Assembly: GCA_043732705.1 (NCBI GenBank)
Contig: JAYTHE010000032.1
Location: 66,005-130,004, forward strand
Source of the DNA: Candidatus Omnitrophota bacterium
Lineage (GTDB): Bacteria > Omnitrophota > Omnitrophia > Omnitrophales > Aquincolibacteriaceae
Length of the DNA: 64,000 nucleotides
Direction: 5' to 3'
The translations under genes were made by a program, and so were the position numbers. Numbering within the stretch: the stretch's first letter is position 1; each line of letters starts with the position of its first letter. Below, one piece after another: positions 55,563 to 64,000 of this stretch. A model generated the notes under the pieces. The model was not told the DNA's origin, did no database searches, and saw only the letters and a program-made list of their open reading frames with translations.

Positions 55563-57878
55563 ATGTGGAAAAAATGGCTTCCATGGCGTTTCTTCATTAG
55601 GGCACTTGCGCGCAAAAAGGGTTTTCTTGACCCCATTGCTTTTTTTTCCAAACTCCAAAGTTTTGGTCAGCCTTCCGAAGTGACCATGCCGATTGAAATT
55701 GTGCGTCTTGCGACAATATTAATTGCGCGCGGCTCGCTGAATGTTGTCGCGATTCAACATAACCTGGATTGGAATTGGCCTTATTGGGTCGTGCGCCAAT
55801 TTGATCCAAAAGATGTATCGTTTATTCCGCGCGCATTTTCACTGACTCATATTAATTTAACGCATCGTAATTGGACCGCTGTCGGTATTCCTGATCTGAG
55901 TTTGTATCCGATTGTTGACCCGCGAGGATTGCTGACCCCTTTTTTAGACGGCTGGTCTCTGGATGCTTGGGTGGTCCAAGGCGAAGGTGATCAAAACCTG
56001 ATTCCTGCGTATTTAAAAACAACTACTCAGAAATGGCATCTGGAAAAAACCCCCTCAATTACGACTCACTCAAACCATCATCATCTGAAACTTAATTCGC
56101 ATATCAGTGTTGAAAAAAGCAAAGAGGGGCCTTATTGCATGATGACTGTTGAAGCGAGTTCGGCCTCAGCCGCTTGGCTTGTGATTTCATTGCGTCCCCT
56201 TAACCCCGAGGGGGTGAGTGAAATCAGAAATATTACGCTCCTTGATCAAGGGTTAACGTGGCAGGTTAATAAAAAGGAGCGGATTTATTTTAATGAAGTT
56301 CCTGACAAGCATTATTTCTCTGAATTTCGAGAAGGCGACGTTTACCGTAAAGTTATGGCCGCAAATAAACACCCCGAAAAACTTTCGGCACAAAATGCCG
56401 AATCTGTTGAATGCTCTTCGGGAATGGCGACCGCGGCAGCCATGTTTCGTATTCCGGAACACGGACAAAGAAAAATCGAAATTCAAATTCCTTTGACGAT
56501 CTCTCTGATCAGGAAGCCCGTTCCGCAGAGTTTTATTGTGGCTTCAAGTGGCGAAGCGGAACAAATTTGGTCGGAAGCTCTACGGGGCCATACTAAACTT
56601 CAGGTTGCGGATAAACAGACGCAGGCCGTTTATGATGCTGCGGTTTATGCCATGATTCTACATACGCCCGGTATCGATGCTTTTCCCGGGCCGTATACCT
56701 ATAAACATTTTTGGTTCCGTGACGCGGCTTTTATTGTGAATGCTCTTTTGGGCGCAAACTTGATTGCAAGAGCCGAGAAAATTCTAGATCACTTTCCGGC
56801 TCGCCAAAGACTTACGGGTTACTTTTGTTCACAAGACGGCGAATGGGACTCCAACGGACAAGTGCTTTGGATTTACCGCCGGTTTTGTGAGTTAACAGGT
56901 ACTTTGCCCAAGGCTGCATGGAAAGATTCAATAAAAAGAGGCGCAGAATGGATGAAACGTAAAAGATTGCCCGAAGATCTTGAACAGCCGCATGCCGGAC
57001 TTTTTCCTCCCGGCTTTAGCGCCGAACATTTGGGTCCCAACGACTATTATTATTGGGATGATTTTTGGGGAGTAGAAGGATTTTTTTCCGCCGCTTACCT
57101 CATGCAGGGCTATCAAGATTCCCAAAGCGCGCAACAATATGAAAATGAGGCCGGCCATTTTGAAACTTGTCTCCTTCGCAGCCTAGATCAAAGTGAAGCA
57201 CGACTTAAGACAAAAGCCATGCCTGCATCACCTTATCGCCGTCTGGATACCGGAGCGATTGGTTCTTTGGCGATTGGTTATCCGCTCACTTTTTGGGAAC
57301 CTGATGATTTGCGTGTTATGCAGACAGTTGAATATCTTTTGAAAAATCATTTTATCGAACATGGATTTTTCCATGACATGAGTCACTCGGGTATTAATCC
57401 GTATCTGACATTAACAGTCGCGCAAACTCTATTGAGAAATTACGACCCGCGTTACGCGGATATCATGAGGCGTATTCAAAAGCTGGCATCGCCGACAGGA
57501 CAATGGCCCGAAGCCGTTCATCCTCAGACTTTGGGCGGCTGTATGGGAGATGGCCAGCATATCTGGGCCGCAGCGGAATGGATTCTCATGATTAAAAATT
57601 GTTTTGTACGCGAAGAAAAAGAAAGACTTATTCTTTGTTCGGGAGTTTTGCCGGAATGGTATGAGGGCGGCAAAAAAGCTTCCTTCGGAGTGACTCCCAT
57701 TTCACAAGGTTTAATTTCGGTGGAGCTTTTTTCAGAAGGTACCGGAGTGCGAGTGAGCTGGAAAGCCGAATGGCGCGGAGCGGTTCCGACGATTGAGGTC
57801 CGGCTTCCCGGTTACACAATGATCAACGTCAATTCCGGCGAGACCACGGTATTGCTGGCAAAGGAAAAGCATTCATGA
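55563..57878 (+). CDS. glycoside hydrolase, (alpha/alpha)6 six-hairpin superfamily (GH15/GH63/GDE-like)
   Basis: 771 aa; HFWFRDAAF-type motif and Trp/acidic-rich C-terminal half; exact family not assignable. Confidence 0.5.
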   Translation: MWKKWLPWRFFIRALARKKGFLDPIAFFSKLQSFGQPSEVTMPIEIVRLATILIARGSLNVVAIQHNLDWNWPYWVVRQFDPKDVSFIPRAFSLTHINLTHRNWTAVGIPDLSLYPIVDPRGLLTPFLDGWSLDAWVVQGEGDQNLIPAYLKTTTQKWHLEKTPSITTHSNHHHLKLNSHISVEKSKEGPYCMMTVEASSASAAWLVISLRPLNPEGVSEIRNITLLDQGLTWQVNKKERIYFNEVPDKHYFSEFREGDVYRKVMAANKHPEKLSAQNAESVECSSGMATAAAMFRIPEHGQRKIEIQIPLTISLIRKPVPQSFIVASSGEAEQIWSEALRGHTKLQVADKQTQAVYDAAVYAMILHTPGIDAFPGPYTYKHFWFRDAAFIVNALLGANLIARAEKILDHFPARQRLTGYFCSQDGEWDSNGQVLWIYRRFCELTGTLPKAAWKDSIKRGAEWMKRKRLPEDLEQPHAGLFPPGFSAEHLGPNDYYYWDDFWGVEGFFSAAYLMQGYQDSQSAQQYENEAGHFETCLLRSLDQSEARLKTKAMPASPYRRLDTGAIGSLAIGYPLTFWEPDDLRVMQTVEYLLKNHFIEHGFFHDMSHSGINPYLTLTVAQTLLRNYDPRYADIMRRIQKLASPTGQWPEAVHPQTLGGCMGDGQHIWAAAEWILMIKNCFVREEKERLILCSGVLPEWYEGGKKASFGVTPISQGLISVELFSEGTGVRVSWKAEWRGAVPTIEVRLPGYTMINVNSGETTVLLAKEKHS

Positions 57879-59443
57879 AAATTTTAATGATGACCAATAC
57901 CTACGCACCCATTGTCGGAGGGCTTGAAAAATCCATTCAGGTTTTCAGTGAGCAATTCAGATTAAAAGGGCATGAAGTTAAGATTGTCGCGCCCGAGTTC
58001 GAAAAAATGCCGGCACATGAAAAAGATGTGATTCGTGTGCCTTCGCTTGAAAAATTTGTCGGGACAGATTTTTCTGTGGGTTTACCGCTGCCTGAATTAC
58101 TTCAAAATTTGATCGAGAAATTTAAGCCCGATATCGTGCATTCCCACCATCCCTTTCTCATGGGGGATTTGGCTTTGCGTGTTTGTGGACAGCATAAAAT
58201 TCCACTGGTGTTCACTTATCACACCATGTTTGAGCATTACACGAACTACTTTGGACTCGAAAACCAGGCCATGCAGAAATTTGTCGTCGAAATTGCTACC
58301 GGATACGCCAAAATGGTGGATCAAGTCATTGTTCCAAGCGATAGTGTGGCGCGCCTTTTGGTAGAGAGAAAAATTCAGACGCCGATTGCTGTTGTTCCCA
58401 CCGGTCTTGATGTGGCACATTTTTCTCCCGCAGCCACGACACTCAGGAGACAGTTTAAAATTCCTCAAAAAGCTTTCGTTGTCGGACATTTAGGGCGACT
58501 CTCTCCTGAGAAAAATCTGATGTTTTTGACCGAAGCGGTTGCTGAGTTTCTTACCCAGCACAAAGAAGCTCATTTTTTGATTGTAGGCAGCGGACCCAGT
58601 GAAAGAGAAATGAAAAAAATGATGCGTGTGAAAGGAGTTTTAAACCGTGCGCATTTTGCGGGGGTGCAGAAAGGAAAAAAATTAGTCGAGGCTTATCATG
58701 CAATGGATGTTTTTGCTTTCGCCTCTAAGAGTGAAACGCAGGGTATGGTGGTGACTGAGGCAATGGCCGCAGGATTACCGGTTGTGGCTTTAGATGCTCC
58801 CGGAGTGCGTGAGGTTGTCCATGATAAAAAAAATGGCCGTCTGCTTGAGGAAGAATCCCGCAAGAAGTTTGCGGCCGCGCTGGCATGGTGCTTGATCCGA
58901 ACCGCACCTCAATGGAATTTGATAAAAAAGCAGGCTCTTGCAACCGCGAATGAATTCTCGTTGGAGACTTGCGCGACCAAGGCTTTAAAAGTTTATGAAA
59001 CTGTTTGTGCGAATCATGTTATTCCGTCAGACGATAAGTGGGGAGCTTGGCATGCGCTCGCGGGGAGATTTAAGACGGAGCTAGGGCTTTTACTTAATTT
59101 AGGTAAAGCCGCAGGATCTGCAGTGATTCAGGCGACGGTTACGGAAAGCCCGCTCAAAGAAAAAATTGTAAATGCTTATCAGAAAAAAATTACGGAATCA
59201 GTTGAATCTTGGACTGTGGCACTTAAAAAAAATCGCAAACAAGCGGAAGATGTGTTAAGGGGAGAGCAACCAAGATCTGAAAATGAAGATGAGGCCATTG
59301 CCAAAAAAATTCATATTTACGAATCGGAATTGATCGAGCTTAATCGCAAAGTTGCAAAAGCCTGCGAAGATTTTGAAAAATACTTTGATGACGCTCACGC
59401 AAATTTAAAAAAAGAGTTTGAAGGTGGAGCTCCGAGACAATGA
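57875..59443 (+). CDS. GT4-family glycosyltransferase, paralog 2, with ~140-aa C-terminal coiled-coil extension
   Basis: MKILMMTNTYAPIVGGLEKSIQ...; FASKSETQGMVVTEAMAAGLPVVA. Confidence 0.8.
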   Translation: MKILMMTNTYAPIVGGLEKSIQVFSEQFRLKGHEVKIVAPEFEKMPAHEKDVIRVPSLEKFVGTDFSVGLPLPELLQNLIEKFKPDIVHSHHPFLMGDLALRVCGQHKIPLVFTYHTMFEHYTNYFGLENQAMQKFVVEIATGYAKMVDQVIVPSDSVARLLVERKIQTPIAVVPTGLDVAHFSPAATTLRRQFKIPQKAFVVGHLGRLSPEKNLMFLTEAVAEFLTQHKEAHFLIVGSGPSEREMKKMMRVKGVLNRAHFAGVQKGKKLVEAYHAMDVFAFASKSETQGMVVTEAMAAGLPVVALDAPGVREVVHDKKNGRLLEEESRKKFAAALAWCLIRTAPQWNLIKKQALATANEFSLETCATKALKVYETVCANHVIPSDDKWGAWHALAGRFKTELGLLLNLGKAAGSAVIQATVTESPLKEKIVNAYQKKITESVESWTVALKKNRKQAEDVLRGEQPRSENEDEAIAKKIHIYESELIELNRKVAKACEDFEKYFDDAHANLKKEFEGGAPRQ

Positions 59444-61830
59444 TTTTAAGAAGATTTGTACGAAAATATTGCGTGTGGCTGAACCCTGATGAGCTGCGAA
59501 TGCGCCTGCTCGGATTGTCGCGTCCCGACAAGCCGCAAGAAGGGCGTGGGTTGGTTTTGATTCAAATCGACGGATTTTCCTATCGCAACTGTGAACGCGC
59601 AATGAAAAAAGGGCATATGCCTTTTTTGAAAAAACTGATCAATCGCGAGCATTATCAGTTTAGAGATATGTATTCGGGAATTCCTTCCAATACGCCCGCT
59701 TTTCAAGGGGAGTTTTTTTTTGGTAAAGCGCAATGTGTGCCCGCTTTTCAATACTGGAATCGTAAAAGCGGAAAAATTAACACGATGTATGAAAAGGAAA
59801 GCGCGGAAGCGATGGAGCGTTCGCTGATGCAGAACGAGCCGGGATTGATTGCGGGAGGAACGGCCTACGGAAATATTTTTTCAGGAGGCGCGGCCGAATC
59901 CCATGTGTGTGCTTCGACGGCGGATTGGCTCGGAGTGGTTAAAACTTGGAATCCTTACTCGGTCTTCGTCACTTTTTTGTTAAGCCCGTTTACGCTCATA
60001 CGCGGCCTATTTCTTTGTATCGTCGAAGCGGGTTTGGCATTTTTTGATTTTTTGAGGGCTCTCGCTAAAAAAGATATTCTGAATGAATTCGCATTTATCT
60101 TAATGCGCGTTTTTGTTTCCATTATGATGCGTGAAATTATTACAGCGCATGCGTGCATGGATATTTACCGCGGAACTAAAGTGGTTCATGTCAATTATTT
60201 TGGTTATGACGAACAGGCGCATCGCCGGGGTCCGTCCACGCGCTTTGCTTTTTGGAGTTTAAGCGGCATCGACAGCGCGATTAAAAAAATATGGAACGCC
60301 GCGGCGCATTCAGATTTACGTCATTATGATGTGTGGATTTACTCCGACCACGGACAGGAAACCGTGCAGCCCTTTCCAAGTATTTCAGATAAGAGCATTC
60401 AGACGCTGGTTCAGGAAGTCTATAGTGAGATGGGCATGTCTGAATCCGAAGTCTTTTCCTCGGTATTTGTGAAAAGACACGAACTTTCCGGCGATACGGT
60501 CATGAGTCAGCGGTTTTTGGGAGCACAAGATCAAGGTGAGGATGTCACGTGGCCGGTTGTGACAACTTTGGGACCCATTTGTCATATTTATTTTCAAAAA
60601 AAGCATATGGATGGGGAGAAACGGATTTTTGCTGAAAATCTTTTGAAGAAAAATATAAATCTGCCTGTGGTCGTGATTCCGCTAGAAAACGGAAAAGCAG
60701 AATACCGAACTCAGACTGAAACTTTAACTTTACCAGAAGATGCCTCGAAACTCTTGGGAGATGATCATCCCTACCGGGATGCCGTCACGAAAGACTTGGA
60801 AACTTTTTTGCAGCTTGAAAATTCCGGGGATCTTATTTTATTCGGTTGGTGTCATGGTAAACAGGCCATTTCTTTTTCAAGCGAACGCGGAGCCCATGCC
60901 GGCCTCGGACCGCATGAAACACAGGCGTTCGTGCTTTTGCCGCCGGATGCTGCGATTGAAAAAGATCCCAAGGTTTTGATCCGCGGAAATGATTTAAGAC
61001 AGGCCGCATTGAAAGTTCTCGGACGTGTAAAACACGATCGAAGGTCTCTGGTTGAGGCTGTTGCCACGGAACGCAGGAAATTGCGTGTTATGTCTTATAA
61101 CGTGCATAGCTGCATCGGTATGGACGGAAATTTATCGGTGGAACGGATTGCCCGTGTAATCGCCAAGTATGACCCGGATATTGTGGCTTTGCAGGAATTG
61201 GACGCGGGCCGCAGAATCAAAGGCTGTGACCAAGCGGCTGCCATTGCGCGCGAATTAGAAATGAATTTTCATTTTCATTCAGTGCATGGCGCGGAAAAGC
61301 AATGCTTTGGCAACGCGATTCTGAGTTGTCATCCCATGAAAATGATTCAGGCGGAACAACTGCCTTCCTTAAGAAAATCAGCTTTACTTGAGACGCGGGG
61401 AGTTTTGCAAATGGAGGTGGATTTTTATGGGCATAAAATACAGGTTTTTAACACACATTTGAGTATTTGGACTCCGGAGTTAAAATTGCAAATCCAAAAA
61501 TTAATACACGCTGAAATTTTGGGAAAACCCGGGCCCGAAGAGCATGTTATTTTATGCGGAGATTTCAACATGACGCCGCAATCTCAACTTTATCGCTTGC
61601 TCGCACAGTCTTTTCAAACCCCTCATTTTAAGAAGCAGAAAGGAATTTCTGAAAATACATGGATCAGTCACTGGCCAATCCGGAAACTCGATCATATTTT
61701 AATGCGCGGCGGTTTGACCGCTAAGTTTGTCAATGTGCCGCGGACAAGGCTTGAGCGCGATGCGTCTGATCATCTTCCGGTGGTTGCGGATTTCGTATTT
61801 AATCCGGTTTATCAAGGGAGTACGTTATGA
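59440..61830 (+). CDS. fusion protein: alkaline-phosphatase-superfamily (type I phosphodiesterase-like) domain + TM helices + C-terminal EEP phosphoesterase domain
   Basis: N-terminus LVLIQIDGFSYRN...GIPSNTPAF; C-terminus VMSYNVHSCIG...ALQELD...DHLPVVADF. Confidence 0.5.
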   Translation: MILRRFVRKYCVWLNPDELRMRLLGLSRPDKPQEGRGLVLIQIDGFSYRNCERAMKKGHMPFLKKLINREHYQFRDMYSGIPSNTPAFQGEFFFGKAQCVPAFQYWNRKSGKINTMYEKESAEAMERSLMQNEPGLIAGGTAYGNIFSGGAAESHVCASTADWLGVVKTWNPYSVFVTFLLSPFTLIRGLFLCIVEAGLAFFDFLRALAKKDILNEFAFILMRVFVSIMMREIITAHACMDIYRGTKVVHVNYFGYDEQAHRRGPSTRFAFWSLSGIDSAIKKIWNAAAHSDLRHYDVWIYSDHGQETVQPFPSISDKSIQTLVQEVYSEMGMSESEVFSSVFVKRHELSGDTVMSQRFLGAQDQGEDVTWPVVTTLGPICHIYFQKKHMDGEKRIFAENLLKKNINLPVVVIPLENGKAEYRTQTETLTLPEDASKLLGDDHPYRDAVTKDLETFLQLENSGDLILFGWCHGKQAISFSSERGAHAGLGPHETQAFVLLPPDAAIEKDPKVLIRGNDLRQAALKVLGRVKHDRRSLVEAVATERRKLRVMSYNVHSCIGMDGNLSVERIARVIAKYDPDIVALQELDAGRRIKGCDQAAAIARELEMNFHFHSVHGAEKQCFGNAILSCHPMKMIQAEQLPSLRKSALLETRGVLQMEVDFYGHKIQVFNTHLSIWTPELKLQIQKLIHAEILGKPGPEEHVILCGDFNMTPQSQLYRLLAQSFQTPHFKKQKGISENTWISHWPIRKLDHILMRGGLTAKFVNVPRTRLERDASDHLPVVADFVFNPVYQGSTL

Positions 61831-63488
61831 CAAAAGGGAAAGTCGGTATTGTTTTGGGGATTATGATTTTTTTAGGCGCAGCTGTTTTTATTCTCGGCCG
61901 CGGTGAAAAACTCCAGCAGCCTATCCAATGGGCTGCGGGCCAACTTCGCTACACGAAGTATCAAGAAACAAACTTTTTAAGTTTTAAAGTGTTACAAAGC
62001 CTCTATGAAAACCCGAATCCCAACGGGATGCTTGCGCTTAAATTAAAAAAATTTTGGAAAACACCTATTATCAGTAATGAAGCTTATTATCGGGGCGCCC
62101 AGCCCCATCATCCTGTTGACCCAAAGCTTGGTCCCGCGTTAAAGGTGATGACCTGGAATATTGAAAAATCCTATCACATTCGAGATGTGATTAAGTTGTT
62201 AACCTCCGATGATGAATTCCACAAAATGGTTAACTTGGAAAAGGCGCCGCCGGAATCAGAAGCTTTTAAAAATTTAGCGAGGCAGCGTGAACGGATGCAG
62301 CAGGCGGACATTATTCTGCTGCAAGAGATGGATATCGGCGTGAGCCGCTCGGGTTATATTGACGCGGCAAGGGAATTGGCGCAAGCCTTAAATATGAATT
62401 ATGCTTATGGACCTGAGCAGTTAGAAATTGACCCCGTGATTATGGGAACAGAAAAAATATTGCATTCAGACGGCTCGATTGATCAAGAAGCCACCCAGCA
62501 TTACAAAGCCGACCCCGAAAAATATAAAGGTGTTTTTGGTTCGGCCGTATTGTCGCGGTATCCCATTAAAAAAGTTGAGCTTTTTCAGCTGAATCATCAG
62601 GCTTATGACTGGTACGCGAAAGAGAAAGGCAAAACTACTTTTTTGGAAAAAGCGCGCCGGTTAGGCGCTGAAGTTACTTTTAAGAATGAAGTGACGCGCG
62701 AAATTAAAATGGGCGGGCGAATTTTCTTTCGTGTCGATTTGGATGTTCCCGACGTCCAAGGTGGAACGCTCAGCGTGATTGATATTCATTTGGAAATAAA
62801 ATGTCAGCCGCTGGGCCGGAAAATTCAGATGGAAGAAATCTTGGAATATATCCGGAAAATTAAAAATCCCATGATTGTTGCCGGTGATTTTAATTCAGCT
62901 CCCGATGATTTAAGCCCGACCTCTATTTCTCGTACGGCGGAACGCGCGGTTAAAAATCCGACCAATTGGTTTTCCGCGGGAGTGGCAGTCCTTCTTCCTC
63001 AAGCGCTTTTAATCAATACTTCCCGGGCATTGGGTAATGTTACAAAGAACTTTCAGGATCCCACGGCGAAAGATATTCCCGTACTTGCACCGAATAAAAT
63101 AAAAGGTTTGTTTGATTTGATGCAGAATTTTAGGTCATCACAGGGCTATGCTTTTGATTTTCGCGGCGAAAAAGAAAGGTCCATGGGCGGGCATACAGGC
63201 ACTCTCGCAAATGCCAATCAACGCGATCTCTTAGGCTTTAAAACAAGTTTCAGCGTGAAGCGTCCGTTGGGACCGATTGGTAAATACCGGCTGGATTGGA
63301 TTTTTGTTAAATCTTATTTGAAAGATCCTTTGGATGTTTCGGGTCCGCATCGCATGGCGCCGCATTTTGGCGAGACGCTGGAAGAATTAAATACCGGTGT
63401 TCAACCGCAGCTGTCCGACCATCATCCCAGTGTGGTTGATCTTCCTTTGCAGGAGCCCAAATTAATCAAAGACGGGACAGGTAAATAA
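61827..63488 (+). CDS. membrane-anchored EEP (endonuclease/exonuclease/phosphatase) family protein
   Basis: VMTWNIEKS...ILLQEMD...GDFNSAPDD...SDHHPSVVDL catalytic motifs; N-terminal signal anchor. Confidence 0.55.
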   Translation: MTKGKVGIVLGIMIFLGAAVFILGRGEKLQQPIQWAAGQLRYTKYQETNFLSFKVLQSLYENPNPNGMLALKLKKFWKTPIISNEAYYRGAQPHHPVDPKLGPALKVMTWNIEKSYHIRDVIKLLTSDDEFHKMVNLEKAPPESEAFKNLARQRERMQQADIILLQEMDIGVSRSGYIDAARELAQALNMNYAYGPEQLEIDPVIMGTEKILHSDGSIDQEATQHYKADPEKYKGVFGSAVLSRYPIKKVELFQLNHQAYDWYAKEKGKTTFLEKARRLGAEVTFKNEVTREIKMGGRIFFRVDLDVPDVQGGTLSVIDIHLEIKCQPLGRKIQMEEILEYIRKIKNPMIVAGDFNSAPDDLSPTSISRTAERAVKNPTNWFSAGVAVLLPQALLINTSRALGNVTKNFQDPTAKDIPVLAPNKIKGLFDLMQNFRSSQGYAFDFRGEKERSMGGHTGTLANANQRDLLGFKTSFSVKRPLGPIGKYRLDWIFVKSYLKDPLDVSGPHRMAPHFGETLEELNTGVQPQLSDHHPSVVDLPLQEPKLIKDGTGK

Positions 63489-63489
63489 A

Positions 63490-64000
63490 ATGTTGAATGG
63501 CGAGGAACAGCTTAAAAAAAATCCGGTTGTGCTTTTACATGCATTTCCGCTTTCCTCCGAAATGTGGCAGCCTCATGTAGATTCGCTCTCAAAAGACTTT
63601 CGTTTAATTACACCTGATTTGACGGGCTTAGGAAAATCACCCGTAAAAACAAAAGTTTCAATTGAGGGGATGGCGGAAGATATTTTTAAATCATTGGAAG
63701 ACATGAATCTCAAGCAGCCTGTTTTTTTGGCCGGCCTTTCGATGGGAGGATACGTTGCTTTTGAATTTTTCAGAAAATATCCTGAGCGAGTTAAAGGATT
63801 GGGATTATTTTCAACGCGTGCGAGCGCAGATACGCCGGCAACTCGTGAAAAGCGCTTTCAAGGTATTGAGAAGATTGAAAAAGAAGGTTTAGAGTCGTTT
63901 TTGGGAGGGAATTTACCCAGTCTGATAGGTAAAACGACCGCTGAAAAACATCCCGAAATACTGACGCAGCTTAAGATTATAGCCGGTGGCAACACGCCAG
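63490..64000 (+). CDS. alpha/beta-hydrolase fold protein (N-terminal part; continues beyond the window)
   Basis: VVLLHAFPLSS...GLSMGGYVAF nucleophile elbow; starts 1 nt after the preceding stop. Confidence 0.6.
   Translation, partial: MLNGEEQLKKNPVVLLHAFPLSSEMWQPHVDSLSKDFRLITPDLTGLGKSPVKTKVSIEGMAEDIFKSLEDMNLKQPVFLAGLSMGGYVAFEFFRKYPERVKGLGLFSTRASADTPATREKRFQGIEKIEKEGLESFLGGNLPSLIGKTTAEKHPEILTQLKIIAGGNTP

Noticed and set aside
1-64000. CRISPR arrays, restriction-modification, toxin-antitoxin or other known defence modules
   Set aside because: No array of regularly spaced direct repeats and no nuclease/methylase/ATPase defence signatures were seen. The duplicated repeats present are palindromic single copies or tRNA fragments.

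Overview
This 64-kb window appears to come from a low-GC, probably uncultivated bacterium. The first ~35 kb is a densely packed housekeeping core, almost all on the + strand: a near-complete purine operon (purB' C-terminal fragment, purC, purS, purQ, purL, purF, purM, purD, purE), a low-molecular-weight protein tyrosine phosphatase (LMW-PTP), rpiB, glyA, nrdR, a SWIB-domain protein, aroA, the cell-shape cluster mreB-mreC-mreD-mrdA(PBP2)-rodA, tRNA-Pro, a delta-9 acyl desaturase, maf, prmA, a lipoate-ligase-family gene on the - strand, the pyruvate dehydrogenase genes aceE-aceF-lpdA, and a 2-oxoacid:ferredoxin oxidoreductase pair (korA/korB) flanked by CBS-domain proteins. At ~35.06 kb a 3'-truncated tRNA-Arg(TCT) marks a sharp change of gene content. 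The next ~20 kb (35.1-55.5 kb) is an accessory, island-like region densely packed with signal transduction and stress effectors. The signalling genes are a cytoplasmic HisKA_3 histidine kinase with a NarL-type response regulator, a CHASE3-PAS hybrid kinase, a 966-aa kinase carrying two complete transmitter modules, an NtrC/sigma-54 activator, and four paralogous stand-alone receiver proteins. The effector-type genes are small general-stress/envelope-stress genes, several of them duplicated: two entericidin-like lipoproteins, two SHOCT-like lipoproteins, two DUF883 (ElaB/YqjD) proteins, two intrinsically disordered SREDWEGG-motif proteins, a BON/OsmY-like protein, lmo0937-like, DUF1328, DUF3309, PLDc_N and KGG-motif small membrane proteins, a bacterioferritin-like protein, Dps and an eRF1-like ('host attachment'/baeRF-type) protein. 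Many of these are below the 60-aa ORF-track cutoff and were found by reading the sequence. A 16-nt GGGG-N4-CCCC-ATA element sits at a fixed distance upstream of four of these genes, suggesting a regulon. The window ends with a translationally coupled operon (six-hairpin glycoside hydrolase - GT4 glycosyltransferase - AlkP-like/EEP fusion - EEP phosphoesterase - alpha/beta hydrolase). Other unexplained structure: a 7-copy intergenic motif family (TTTGCTCTG-hairpin-CAACCGC), a MITE-like 181-bp inverted-repeat element upstream of aceE, a partial duplicate of the tRNA-Pro 3' end, homopolymeric tracts in mreD and upstream of aceE, and one plausible sigma-54 promoter. No CRISPR array was seen. All functional calls rest on remembered family signatures; none was checked against a database.
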